Positions 1 to 13,055 of a stretch of 64,000 nt of DNA are shown piece by piece. The DNA lies in the NCBI RefSeq assembly GCF_963921235.1, contig NC_086109.1:7380001-7444000 (forward strand), read 5' to 3'. The stretch is from Mobula hypostoma. Lineage: Eukaryota. Every line of letters starts with the position of its first letter. Positions within the stretch are counted from its first letter, which is position 1. The notes beneath the pieces were generated by a model that ran no database searches, had not been told where the DNA came from, and saw only the letters and a program-made list of their open reading frames with translations. Made by a program: the position numbers and the translations under genes.

Positions 1-756
1 ACAGGTTCTCTCTCTCCCTGGCAAGGGAGAGGAAGGTGTCTCCCATTTTCACAGCGGGCAGGAGACATAACACCAGCCCGCTGGTTTATGATGTTATAAG
101 TCTGTTTCGTCACTTTTTCTGAGCTCTGTGTCCAAAGATCACAAAGACCTCGGGTCTTCAGGCCCACAGCAAAAGATTTTCCGGCCTCTGCGACAACACA
201 CGGGTCTCCGGCCGTGACACGGACCCTTGATCCGCCCGTCTCCAGAGCCCCGAGATCTTAGGCTTCCGAACACGATCGAGACTCTCGGGCCAAATCCTTG
301 GCACGTCAAATAGCGGCCAGTCATGGAACATAGCATGCCCACAAATTGCTAAATCTAACTCTGCATTTTATTTTGGAATGCAGGTGGAAACTGGAGCACC
401 CAGAGGAAATGCAATGGGTCACGGAGAGGACATACAAACTCCTCATAGGCAGCAGCAGGAATTGGTGATCATTGACACAGTAACAGCATTACGCCACTGT
501 ACCGTGAAACAAAATCATCCTTCTGTATTTTTCCCTCTTGTAGAAACATCGGAATTAGATGCCTAAGTAACCAAGGGTGATCAAATTCATCCTCAGTCAT
601 TCTTGAGGTAGGTAATTGAGAATTTAGTTGGACGTGAAAGACCCCTTAACTCTGCTCTGAGGTAGGACAAACAACCAATGTGCAAAAGAAGATAAGCTAA
701 ACGAATACAAAAATAAACAAATGATAAATAAATAAATAACACAGAAAACATAAGTT

Positions 757-1043
757 ACAGAGTCATGGAAAAGTACAGCATAGAAACAGGCCCTTTGGCC
801 CATCTAGTCCATGCCAAACCATTTAAACTGCCTACTCCCATCGATTTGCACCGGGACCATAACCCTCCATACCCCTGCCATCCGTGTACCTTTCCAAACC
901 GCTTAAACCTCGAAAACAAGCTGTGTGCACCACCTGGCAGCTCGTTCCACGTTCTCGTGACTCTCTGAGTGAAGAAGTTTTGCCTCATGTTCCCCTTAAA
1001 CTTTTCACCTTTCACTCTTAACCCACGACCTCTAGTTGTAGTC
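757..1043 (-). mobile_element. CR1 LINE 3' fragment nested in a Rex1-like fragment
   Basis: ORF 755..1045(-) reads TTRGRGLRVKGEKFKGNMRQNFFTQRVTRTWNELP, the CR1 ORF2 C-terminal TRGH...FFTQRV..WN.LP motif. Confidence 0.85.
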
Positions 1044-1834
1044 ATAGGTTGTAGAGTCCTTGAAAGTGAGTCAATCCATTGGTTGTGCTCAGTGATCTGT
1101 TCAGAGTTAAGGTGAGGGGAGTTATCCAGGCTGCTTCAGGAACCCGATGGGTGTAGGGTAATAGCTGTTCCTGAACCTGATCGTGTAGGACCAAAGACTC
1201 CTGTAACCTCTTTCCTGATGGCAGCAGTGAGAAGAGAGCATGGCTTGGATGCTGGGGTTGGTGGGGCAGTGGGCAGGGGTGGGTTTCTTAGTAATGGTGC
1301 TGCCCTCCTGTGGCAGTGCCCCTTGTACATGTTGTCAATGATGGGGAGGGCTTTTCTTGTGATGGACTCGGCCTTATCCATTACTTTTGGCGGTCTTTAT
1401 CTCTACTCCTCCCTCTGCCACCTGATTCCACCTATCTAAAACCCTTCCTCACCTGGATCCACCTATCAGTGGCCGTAACACATTCCTCTACCTTTTCATA
1501 CTGGCTATCATCCTTCCACTCTTTTCAGGGGTCCCAACCTATTTATGGCCTGGACCGCTACCATTCACCAAGGGGTTCATATGCACCCTAGGTTGGGAAC
1601 CCTGCATTCTTTCAATCCAAATGAAAGGTCTTAACCCGAAACATCAATTGTCCATTTCCCTTCACAGATACTGCCTGACTCACCGAGTTCCCTCAACAGT
1701 TCGTCTTTTGCTCTATGCTTAATACAGATAAGTCTATTTTGCTGTTAACATAGATCAGTCACAATAAACGGATTTGAGATGCTGCAAACTCCACCAAATA
1801 ATCAAACTGAGTCCCCAACCTTTCACCCAAAAGC

Positions 1835-2405
1835 TGGTGAAATTGGGGGACTGTTTCGTCGAGCTCCTCCGCTTCATCTGCCACGAGTGGGACTTCCCGG
1901 TGGCCAAACTTTTAATTCCCATTCCCATTCCCATTCCGACATGTCAATCCATGGCCTCCTCTTGTGCCAAGATGAAGCCACCCTCAGGGTGGAGGAGCAA
2001 CACCTTATATTCCATCTGGGTACCTTCCAACCTGCTGGTATTAATATCAATTTCTCCTTCTAATGAATAATATTTCCCCCCACCTTTATTCACCGCATTG
2101 ACCTTTTACCTACTCACCTGCCTATTACCTCCCCCTGGATACCCCTTCCTTCCCTTTCCCTTATTCTTTTCCCCAGTCAGATTCTTTCTTCTTCAGCCCT
2201 TGACCTTTCCCTCCCACCTGGCTTCACCTATGACCTTCCAGCTTGCCCCTTTCCCCTCGCCCACCATTTAATTCAGGCATCTCCCCCCTTCCCTCTCAGT
2301 CCTGATGAAGGGTCTCAGGACAAAATGTCGATTGATTATTCCTCTCCGTAGATGCTGCTTGACCTGCTGAGTTCCTCCAGCATTTTGTGTATGTTGCTTT
2401 GAATT
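1835..2405 (+). mobile_element. Penelope-like element 3' part (GIY-YIG endonuclease C-terminus and terminal repeat with decayed hammerhead)
   Basis: Frameshifted LGDCFVELLR..DFPVAK / FNSHSHSHSDMSIHGLLLCQDEATLRVEEQHLIFHLGTFQPAGININFS, then a pyrimidine tract and cagtcCTGATGAagggtctc at about 2297-2316. Confidence 0.85.
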
Positions 2406-3440
2406 TATCAAGTCCTTTATTAATTATTTTCCTGCTTTGTGAGGGAAAATACATCAAAATCTTGACTGTGGCACAAATGAAAGAGGTACATTATCTATCA
2501 ACTGAAAGAGAAGTACTCTAAGCTCAAACATTGATGAATGTTTCTTCAAGGCCTCAAATATTTTTATTACTCTCTCCTGGAATATATCTGCGCCACATTA
2601 AATCTGACAGCTTCAAATCAAGAGTTATACTTGCTAATCCAAGCAGTGTCAGCGTGGCACTACAAAAACATTATTCAAATGCGTTTACTTTGCACTCTGC
2701 TTGTCCGGGTTTTTTTAGGCAGTCCGACTGGGAAATGGAACTTTGTGATGTGGCATGGGAATCATGCCCTGGTATTTTGTGGTCAACAGTACACTGGAGT
2801 TAGTGTACTTTCCTCGAGACTGGAATCCACTGACTCAGACAAGGTGGTTACAAAGGCAACATTGTTCGTGCTTCACTCCATTAGTGCTCCGCACGTTACA
2901 GAGGGGAAAACACAACTAGGTTTTAACTGAGGGGGACCTGTTCCACCAGAACACAAGCATGCATTCAACCTGGGGTTGGATAGGTGTGTAGAAGTGTTAT
3001 GTTTCTTGTGGTTTAACTTTCTTATGCTTATCAACTGTGTACAATTGTTCAGTGACTTGTTCACAGACCAGAAGATGAGAAGATATTAGGCCATTCGGCC
3101 CATCAGGTCTGATCCGCCGTTCGGTCATGGCTGAGTTATTATCTCCCTCAATCCCATTCTCCTGCCTTCTCACCGCAAACTTTGCTACTCTGACTAAGCA
3201 GGAACCAATAAACATTCGCTCTAAATATACTCAATGACTTGGCCTCCACAGCTGTCCATCTATTCTGTAGTGGTGCCGACTGGTCCTAGACTCTCCCACT
3301 GTAGGAAGCGACCTCTAGAACCGTCCACTGAGTCTGTAGCAGTTCTTGTAGAAAAGAGTTGTCAGTCCAATTGCCCTCATGTAACACAGTCAAAGGTAAG
3401 ACATAAAAATTACTGCAAATTACAAAATAAATAAATAGTG

Positions 3441-3870
3441 TTGGGGAGGAGATGCGTCTCTACCAAAGGAGGTGTGAGGTGCTCCTTCACTCCGCTAGCC
3501 TGCAGGTCACCCTTGGGCAAGGTGTAGCACCTGCTTAGCCCCCCAATCAGGGTCACATAAAGCCATGGGAGAAGGTGATGGATGATCGTATGAGCAGCCG
3601 GTGCAGATCACAAGTCCTGGTTATGCGACCACTGACGCCAGGCAGACAATCTCTGAAGAGTATTGATAATGGCAGGGGTCACCCATCTTGTAAAGACACT
3701 GCCCAGAAGAAGTCAATGGCAAACTACTTCTGTAGAAGAATTTGCCAAAAACAATCATGGTGATGGAAAGACCCTGATCATCCCCATCATACGATGTGGC
3801 ACATAATGATGACGTTAAACAATACAGTACACGATGATGATGTCATACGATACAGCACATAACAAACAAA
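3441..3870 (+). mobile_element. Non-autonomous RTE-derived SINE-like element (other copies about 12400-12775+, 40755-41055-, 50560-50908-)
   Basis: Four similar copies in the window. They share gaagaag(g/t)caatggcaaa near the 3' end, resembling RTE/BovB-partnered SINE tails. Confidence 0.65.
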
Positions 3871-4697
3871 CTAAATAAAGAGTGCAAAAGGAAAGATGAG
3901 ATAGTGTTGATGGGTTCAAGGGCAATTCAGAAATCTGTTGGTAAAGGAGAAGAAACTTCCTGAATCGCTGAGTGTGGGTCTTCAGGTTTCAGTAACCCCT
4001 CCCCGATGGTATTAACATAAAAGGGATGTACCAGATGGTGAGAATCCATAACATCACAAGACCCTAAGACATAAGAGCAGAATTATGTCATTCACTCCAT
4101 CGAGTCTGCTCAACCATTTGATCATGTCTGATTTATTATCCTTCTCAACCCCATTATCCTGCCCTTCCCATAAACTTTGATGCTCTGCCTAATCAAGAAC
4201 CCAATCAAGCTCCGCATTAAATATATTTCCAGTGGTTACAGTTGCCTCTCTATTTTTCTGGAAATTTCTTTGTTTCGGCGGTAGGTGTTACACCACTTGG
4301 ATCTGGCTGTCTTATTGATTAATTGTTATCAATGGAATTTTTGTTATCAGTAGTCTGGTGTGAGAAGAACACAGTTCTTTTCAGTGCTTCTTCATCCTCT
4401 GTTTCCTTGTTCTTAATAAAATGATCATTAGCAATCAATTTCATACCTCATTCTTGACTTCTGAAGAACCTTAGGATTGCAAAAGCATCCGCATCCAACA
4501 CCAGAGAGTAAAGAACGGTGCAAGCCTCAGGGGAGATGTCACCTGACAAACTTTGCCTCTGAGACATCATTTACAAATTTAGTTTTAGCAGATTTCTGTC
4601 ATGCAGTGCACAGGCAATGTCAGAACACAAGAGAGGAGGAAAGACAGACAGACAAGACAGGAGGAAAGACAATGTAGAGACAGCGAATAGAGCTTAC

Positions 4698-4901
4698 TTT
4701 TAAGAACTCCAACAGAATATCAGTGGCTCGGCCAAGCGACACCCCGATAAGTAACATTCTCAAACCTAGGACCCCGCGACTAGCACTAATCTGGCATCCG
4801 CTTAAGTAACAGAAGTAACACGGAATACCTGAGCCCATCAAAATAAGCTTAACAGGCTTAAGCAGAAAACACCAAGAGACCACATTACAAAGAGTGAGTC
4901 A
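4698..4901 (-). other. Candidate spliced exon (204 nt) of an unannotated minus-strand transcript
   Basis: Acceptor ttgtttttcttcccag (CAG at 4904-4902) and donor AAA|gtaagc, in sequence with no recognisable repeat. Confidence 0.45.
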
Positions 4902-5295
4902 CTGGGAAGAAAAACAACATAAGGAATTCTAAATGATTAAAGATTCTTGTCAACAACAATTAACCAATTCAGGTGCTCTAAAAAATCTTGGCACCCAGCG
5001 CTCTCCAGCTCCCTGTACAAGCCTGAAGAGCTCATTACAATTTCAAGACAGAAGGAAATTTCTGTCTTGAAGTTGTGAAAGATCTTACTCCATTTTAAAT
5101 ATCAATCAGGTATATTGATATGGCAATCAGCAATCAGATTTATATCATTGAGATGTACAGACTCTGGTGAGCTGGGATGGAATCCTAGAGGCAAAGAGCA
5201 CTACAGCACAGAAACAGGCCCTTTGGCCCATCTATTCTATGCTAACCTGTTCTTCTGCCTAGTCCCATCAACCTGCACATGGACCATAACCATAA

Positions 5296-6119
5296 TAGGA
5301 TGCAGAAGTGGGCTGAGAAGTGGCAGATGGAGTTCAACCCGGAGAAGTGTGAGGTGGTACACTTTGGAAGGACAAACTCCAAGGCAGAGTACAAAGTAAA
5401 TGGCAGGATACTTGGTAGTGTGGAGGAGCAGGGGGGATCTGGGGGTATATGTCCACAGATCCCTGAAAGTTGCCTCACAGGTGGATAGGGTAGTTAAGAA
5501 AGCTTATGGGGTGTTAGCTTTCATAAGTCGACGGATAGAGTTTAAGAGTTGCGATGTAATGATGCAGCTCTATAAAACTCTGGTTAGGCCACACTTGGAG
5601 TACTGTGTCTGGTTCTGGTCACCTCACTATAGCAAGGATGTGGAAGCATTGGAAAGGGTACAGAGGAGATTTACCAGGATGCTGCCTGGTTTAGAGAGTA
5701 TGCATTATGATCAGAGATTAAGGGAGCTAGGGCTTTACTCTTTGGAGAGAAGGAGGATGAGAGGAGACATGATAGAGGTGTACAAGGTAATAAGAGGAAT
5801 AGATAGAGTGGATAGCCAACACCTCTTCCCCAGGGCACCACTGCTCAATACAAGAGGACATTGCTTTAAGGTAAGGGGTGGGAAGTTCAAGGGGGATATT
5901 AGAGGAAGGTTTTTCACTCAGAGAGTGGTTGGTGCATGGAATACACTGCCTGAGTCAGTGGTGGAGGCAGATACACTAGTGAAGTTTAAGAGACTGCTAG
6001 ACAGGTATATGGAGGAATTTAAGTTGGGGGCATATGGGAGGCAGAGTTTAAGAATTGGCACAATATTGTGGGCCAAAGGGCCTGTACTGTGCTATACTTT
6101 TCTATGTTCTATGTTCTAT
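5296..6119 (+). mobile_element. 5'-truncated CR1 LINE, ORF2 C-terminal region
   Basis: ORFs 5279..5488 (WAEKWQMEFNPEKCEVVHFGR) and 5400..6167 (DLGV..LVRPHLEYC..LERVQRRFTRM..TRGH..FFTQRVV); (CTATGTT)n tail. Confidence 0.95.
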
Positions 6120-6329
6120 GTAACTCCAGGCCAGGGTCTTCAAAATAACACTGAAAGGGAAAAATAGAGATATTAAAGATGGAAATAGAGCTGTTTCTGA
6201 AGATGCAAGCAAAGAAGCCGCCGTTAAGCGCCATTAACCCTGCTAAGCTCTGCCTTTTGCTGTGTTAGATACAGTAAACATCATTCTCAAGAGCAATATA
6301 AACATAAATCTTACACCACTAAACACATC

Positions 6330-8030
6330 TTACCCTTCTCCCACCCTACAGCCCTCCTGATCTCTGCTTTCCTTAGGGATCGCTCTCTACTTGTCCACTC
6401 ACTCTTCCCCATTGATCTCCCTCCTTGACAAGTGCCACACCTGCCCCTCCGCCTCCTCCCTCACCACCATTCCAGGCTCCAAACAGTCCTGCCAGGTGAG
6501 CTGACACTTCACCTGCAGGTCCACTGGGGACACCTACTGTATCCAGTGTCCCCAGTGCAGCTTCTTACTACATTGGTGAGACCTGATAATGGATTGGTGA
6601 ACTGCTTTGATGAGCACTTGCTCTCCATCCATTAAAAAAAGGCATGATCGCCCGGTGGGCACCCATTTGAATTTGAACATGTCAGTGCATGGATTTCTCT
6701 ACTGCCATGCTAAGTCCTCTCTCAGGTTGGAGGAGCAATACTTCATAGAGACATAGAGTCGGAAGCAATCAGAGCACAGAAACAGGTGCTTTAACTCAAC
6801 CAGACTGGATACAACCGTTTAAGATGTCTACTCTCATCTACCTGCACCCTTCATATACCTCTCATCCATGTACCTATCCAAATTTCTCTTAGATGTTGAA
6901 ATCGACCCCGCATCCACCACTTGTGCTGGAATCTTGTTGTGCACTCTTACTTCCCTCTGAGTGAAGAAATTTCCTCTCATGTTCCCCTTAAACTTTTCAC
7001 CTTTCAACCTTAACCCATGACATCTATTTATAGTCTCACTCAACCTCAGTGCAAAAAGTGTGCTTGTATTTACCCTATCTATACCCCCTCATAATTTTGT
7101 ATACCTCTATCAAATGTAATCACAATCTTCTACGTCCCAAGAAATAAAGCCCTAATCTAATCTAATCCTTCCTTATAACTCCAGTTCTAGCAACATACTT
7201 GTAAACTTTTACTGTACTCTTTCAATTTTATTTACATCTTTCCTGTAGAAAGGTGACCAAAACTGCACACAATATTCCAAATTAAGCCTCACCAATGTCT
7301 TATACAACTTCAACATAACATCACAACTCCTGTACTCGACATTTGATCTACGAAGACCAAAGTGCCAAAAGCTTTCTTCATGACCTTATTCACCTATGAC
7401 ACCACTTTCAATGAATTATGTACCTGTGTTCCCAGATCCCATTGTTCTACCACACTCCTTAGTGGCCTAGCATTCACTGTGCACAACCCGTCAGTCCTCC
7501 CAAAGAGGAACATTTGACACTCTTATTCAGTCTATGTAGCCTCCAACCTGAAGGTATGAACACTGATTTCTTAAACCTGGCAATTTCTTCTTCTTCCCCC
7601 TTATCTGTTTTTTCATTCCCCATTCTGGCTCCCCTCTTACCTTTTCTCTTCTCCTCACCTCCCTCTGGTTCCTCTCCTCCTTCCCTTCCTCCCATAGTCT
7701 ACTTCCCTCTCCTACCAGATCCCTTCTTCTTCTGCCGGTTATGTTTTCCACCTGCTTCTCGCTTCCTCCTCTCTTCCCCACTCTCTCCCCTCTGCCCACC
7801 TTCCCCCTCACTTGATCTCACCTATTATCTGCCAGCTTGTCCTCTTTCCCCTCCACCGCCTTCATATTCTGCCTTCTTTCTCTTTCCTTCCAGTCTCAAT
7901 GAAATATCTCAGCCTGAAACGTCGACTGTTTACTTCTCTCCATAGATGCTGCCTGACCTGCTGAGTTTTTCAGCATTTTCTATGTGTTGATCTGGATTTC
8001 CAAAGTCAGCAAAATCTCTTGTGTTTATGA
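6330..8030 (+). mobile_element. Penelope-like element fragment split by a CR1 insertion
   Basis: KCHTCP..HFTC..YCIQCPQC GIY-YIG region at 6430-6745. The LEEQ.LIF|.L.SLQP motif resumes at about 7525, followed by a pyrimidine tract and gaaacgtcgactg. Confidence 0.8.
6750..7520 (-). mobile_element. CR1 LINE 3' fragment
   Basis: ORF 6834..7043(-): CHGLRLKGEKFKGNMRGNFFTQR. Confidence 0.85.
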
Positions 8031-8104
8031 GAAACTCTTAGATATTCTTGGACTCTTTGTCCTGAAGGTACAAGGTACTTTTTTGTAAGTGCAGTTACAA
8101 AGAA

Positions 8105-8815
8105 AACATGGCAGTGCCTTTATTCCCTTAGGAGTTTGTGGAGATTTAGCATGACATCTAAAACTTTGACAAACGTCTATAGATGTGTCATGGAGAGTAT
8201 ATTGACTGGCTGCATCATAGCCTGGTATGGAAACACCAATGCCCTTGAACAGAAAATCCTAGAAAAAGTAGTGGATTCGGCCTAGCCCTCCCAATCATTG
8301 AACACATCTACATGAAAGGCTGTCGCAGGAAAGCAACATCTATCAATAGGGACCCCCACCACACAGGTCAGGCTCTCTTCTCGCTGCTACCATCAGGAAG
8401 AAGGTAATGGAGTCACAGGACTCACCCCACCAGGTTCAGGAACAGTTATTACCCCTCAACCGTCAGAGTCCTGAACCAAAGGGGATAACTTCACTCAGCT
8501 TCACTCGCCCAGTCACTGAAATGTTCCTACAGCCAATGGACTCACTTTCAAGGACACTTCATCTCATTTTCTTTTTATTTATTGTTTATTTATTTATTAT
8601 TATTATTTTCTCATTTTATATTTGCACAGTTTTTTGTCTTCTGCACTTTGGCTAAATGCCCATGTTGCTGGTCTTTCATTGATTCTGTCATGGTATTACT
8701 CTATCGATTTATTGGGCATGCCCACAAGAAAATGAATCTCAGGGTTGTATATGGTGACATTGATAATAAGGTACTTTGATAATAAAGTTACGATGAACTT
8801 TTTGAACTTTGAACT
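8105..8815 (+). mobile_element. Rex1/Babar-like LINE 3' fragment (decayed)
   Basis: Encodes ESILTGCI.AWYGN and LLPSGR motifs; 3' UTR aagaaaatgaatctcagggttgtatatgg and (TGAACTT)n tail are repeated many times in the window. Confidence 0.75.
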
Positions 8816-8963
8816 TTACTGTGTGACTAAAGGCGCTCAGTTACAGGCTCCGTGTGGCTCAGATTTAGTTCGTCACAACAGATCCAATCAAATCACCCCT
8901 TAAGACTTCCTGAGAGCACAATCCCAAACTGTGGAATCTCTGCTCCCAATGCCATTCTGCTAC

Positions 8964-9077
8964 CTGGAACCTGCCATCACCACTATCTTCTTTCTTGAAT
9001 CCCCAAACCCGATGCCCCAGAACCGTTGAGAATTTGTTGGCGCCGGATATTACATCGATGAATAATCTCCATTGCTA
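8964..9077 (-). other. Candidate spliced exon; one frame resembles a beta-connexin N-terminus
   Basis: Acceptor ttagttttccctacag (NAGNAG cag/tag) and donor CAG|gtagca. One frame reads QWRLFIDVISGANKFSTVLGHRVWG. Confidence 0.4.
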
Positions 9078-9859
9078 CTGTAGGGAAAACTAACATAGAT
9101 TAAGGGGAAGGAGTAAGAGATTTGAGGGGATCTGAGGGGAACCTCCTTCAGTGTGAACACACTGTCTGAGAGAGAGGTGGAAGAAGAGTTGCTGACAGTG
9201 CTTAAATCAGGAGCTAGAATCCTCCAATGTGCTGGAAGATGGAATTAATACAGATGGGTGCTCAGTGGAAGTAAGCCATTCAGCCCATTGCATGCATACT
9301 GGCCACCAAGCACCTGTCTATACTCAGCTTTAATCGAGTTCCCAGTAAACCTGGTGAGTGTAAATGGAAGAGGAAGGACACAACACACAGAAACACGGGC
9401 CAGCAGCATCTGTGGAGACTGACACACCAGGTCGAGATATTTCATCTTGGCTCATGGCGCGAGATTTCGACTATTACCCCCCACAGATGCTGCCCTATCC
9501 CACTGAGATTCATTTATTGTGATTTTTTATTTAGAGATACAGCATGACAAGAAGTCCTTCCTGACCAAAGAGCGAACACTGCCCTGTTACCCCCATGTGA
9601 ACAACTAGCCTACGAACCCGTACATCTTTGGAATGAGAGGGGAACCGGAGCATATGGAGAAAATTCAGGCGGTCGTGGGTAGAACTTAAAAGCTCCTTAC
9701 AGACAGCGACAGATTTGAACCCAGGTTGCTGGCACTGCCATAGTTAACCTGACTGTTACGCTACCATTCCACCCTGAGTTGCACCAGATTCTTGTGCTGC
9801 TCCAGATTTCAACATCTGCTGTTTCTTTTGTCGTCTGAAGTAGATCACTCCTAGCCACA

Positions 9860-10050
9860 AACTCGCCCACACTCCTGACCATCTGGTGCCCAGCCTTCAA
9901 CCACGCCTGCGGGCGCGTGGTCTGAACCTTGGCCCCAGCCGCTCCCCGGACTCCAGACTCACATCCGGGACAATGAGCAATCCGGTTGCCAGCCAATCAG
10001 AGCTGCTGAACGATCTACCGGGGCCTGCCGGGTATCGAAAGCCTCGGTTA
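9860..10050. promoter_or_regulatory. CpG-rich candidate promoter / first exon with CCAAT box
   Basis: About 14 CpG in 190 bp against a CpG-poor background; AGCCAATCAG at 9991-10000; minus-strand donor GAT|GTGAGT at 9963/9962. Confidence 0.5.
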
Positions 10051-11253
10051 GAGTGGACATCGAGAGGATGCTTCCTTAGAAAGCTGAGCCTAGGATCTGA
10101 GGGCACAACCTCGGAATAAAGGGACATCCCTGATGAACTGAGATGAGGAGGTATTTATTCAGCCAGTGAATTTGTGGAATTCATTGCTACAGGGCTCTGT
10201 AGGAGTTGAATTACTGGGTATATTTAGGCAAAGATTAATAGGTTATAGATTGGTGATGGAGTTAAAGGGAGAAGGCAAGAGAATGAGGTTGAAAAACTCA
10301 GATATGATTGAAAGGCAGAACAGACTTGATGGGCCGAGTGGACCAATTATGCTCCCATGGTTTTATGGTTTAATCAGGTTCTGGAGTACTAGGGCCTTGT
10401 ATTGTGTTTTCAGGTGGTTCTTGTCAGTGCAGGAAATGAGGAAATGTCATTTTGGCTTTGTACAAGAATGTCTGGGTGTTCACAAAGAAATGGTTTTCCA
10501 ACTGTGACGATAAATCAGATTTATGGGGCAGGGTTGTGAGGAAAATTGCCAACAGCTCAGGAGTGGAGCGGCCTTGCAGCGTTGATGTCATGTTTCACAC
10601 TCAGCTAGACCATGTCTCATCCTCGGTGAGCTTGCCAATGTGCCAGAGGAAAGCAGACAGGGGGAACACTCAGCAGATGACTCAGGCTGACAATGAGGAG
10701 TGAAGAACCGCAGGAGGTGGAGATCTGAAACAAAACCAGAAAATGCTGGAAAACACTCAGCAGAGCAGGCAGTATCTGTGGAGAGAGAATTACAGTCTGT
10801 GAGCTTTAACAGTCAGCACTGAAGGATGCTGCCTGGAGTGCCGTTGTTCACATTGCTTGTTGAAATGGCCAATATCACGGCAGGTCATGGGACATGATGA
10901 CATTAGATCCTGAGGTTCACCTTTAAGTTTGAGTCAGGCCTTCTCTTCTTCCCCTCCAACATGGAGAATGTTGCTTAAGACTGTTTTTCTTGAGAAATCA
11001 ATTGAAGTTTGGATATATCTATATAGAAATAGCAGAGTTCAGGACCTTCAGCCCAAATGTGTGCTGGCCTTTTAATCCACTCTGATTAATTTAAGAATAT
11101 TGATCAGAGTAGGTGTAGATCCTGCATAACCCTCTACATCCATGTGCTGATCTAAGAATCTCTTAAATGTGTTTAATGTGTCTGCCTCTACCACCACCTC
11201 TAACCACCAGTCACTGTGTAAACACTTCATCTCTGACATCCCCCTTTACCGTA

Positions 11254-12200
11254 ACATAAGATACAGAAGCAGAATTAGGCCATTTGGCCCATTGAGTCAG
11301 CTGCTCTATTTCATCATGGCTGATCCAATTTTCTCTCAGCCCCAATCTTCCGCCTTCTCCTCGTATCCCTTCGTGCCCTGACCAATCAAGAACCTATCAA
11401 CCTCTGCCTTAAATATACATAAAGACTCGACCTCCACAGCTGCCTGAGGCAAAGAATTCCACAGATTCACTCTCTGGCTAAAGAAATTCGTCCTCATATC
11501 CGTTCTAAAAGGATGCCCCTCTATTCTGTGGCAGTGTCCTCTGGTCTTAGACTCTCCCATCGTAAGAAACATTCTCTCCACATCCACTCTATCAAGACCT
11601 TTTACCATTTAATAGGTTTAAATGAGGTCACCCCTCATTCTTCTGAATTCCAGTGAATACAGGCCCAGAGCCATCAAATGCTCTTCATATGACGAGCCAT
11701 TCAATCCTGGAATCGTTATTATGAGCCTCCGTTGAACCCTCTCCAGTTTCAGCACATCCTTTCTATGGTAAGGGTCCAAAACGTCTCACGATACCCCAAG
11801 TGACGCCTCTTCAGTGCTTATAAAGTCCTTGATTTTATATTCTAGTCCTTTTGAAATGAATGCTAACATCGCATTAACCTTCCTCACCACAGACTGCAAA
11901 TTAACCTTTAGGTAATCATGAGCAAGGACTCCCTAGTCCCTTTGCACCTCAGTTTTATTTTGTATTTTCTCTCCATTTAGAAAATAGTCAACCCTTTCAT
12001 TTCTTCTGAAATGCAGGACCTTACATTTCCCAACACTGTATTCCATTTGCCATTTCTTTGCCCATTCTCCTAATCTGTCTAAGTCCTTTTGTATCTTCTC
12101 TACTTCCTCAAAATTACCTGCCCCTCCACCTATCTGCATATCATCTGCAAACTTTGCAACAAAGCCATCAACTCCATCATTCAAATCATTGACATATAAC
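11254..12200 (-). mobile_element. CR1 LINE (RT core to 3' end, decayed)
   Basis: ORFs 11933..12202 (YVNDL..KFADD..WAKKWQM) and 11336..11608 (TRGH..FFSQRV.NLWNSLP). Confidence 0.9.
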
Positions 12201-13055
12201 ATGTGTACTTTCCTCCAAACACCTTAAAATTATCCATCTGCATATTAGCTATTTCCATCCTGGGGTAAAGTCTCTGGCTGTCCACTCTAACAATGCCTCT
12301 TATACACCTCTGTCAAGTCACCCCTCATCCCTCTTCACTCCAAAAGTGAAAAGCCCTGGCTCACTCAATCTATCCTCATAAGACATGCTCTCTCATTCAG
12401 GTAGGGTGGCAAGATGGAGGTATATACCTACCAAAGGAGGTGTAAGGCACACCTTCCCTCCGCTAGCCTGCAGGTCACCCTCGGGCAAGGTGTAGCACCT
12501 GCTTAGCCCCCGATCAGGATCACATGAAACCATGGGATCAGGTGGTGGATGGTTGTATGAGCAGCTGGTGCATATCACAAGTCTGGTTATGCAACCACTG
12601 ACGCCAGGCAAACTCTGAAGAGTATTGATAATAGCTGGAGGTCACCCATCTTGTAAAGACACTGCCCAGAAGAAGGCAATGGCAAATCTATTCCGTAGAA
12701 AAATTTGCCAAGAGCAATCATAGTCACAAGACCATGATCTCCCACGTCATACATCATGGCCCATAATGAACAAACAGTCCTGGTAAATTTCTCCTATGCC
12801 CTCTCTAAAGCTTCTACATCCTTCCAATAATGAGGCAAGCAGAACTGAACACAATGGCCTAACCAGAGTTTTCTGGAACTGCAACATTACCTCGTACCTC
12901 TTGAACTCAGCCTCCCGACGAATGAAGGCTGACACACCACACACCCGCTTAACCATCTCATCAACTCTGAGGATGTGGACCACAAGAATGTGGGGAGGAT
13001 AGAACGGATTCGGTGTCGGAACAGTTGAGCAACAATATGACCACTTTGCCCTAAA

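Noticed and set aside
2538..2930. 130-aa plus-strand ORF in unique DNA
   Set aside because: Non-ATG start, no recognisable motif and no convincing donor site.
7514..7945. Pro/Ser/Leu-rich 143-aa ORF
   Set aside because: Artefact of the pyrimidine tract in the Penelope 3' region.
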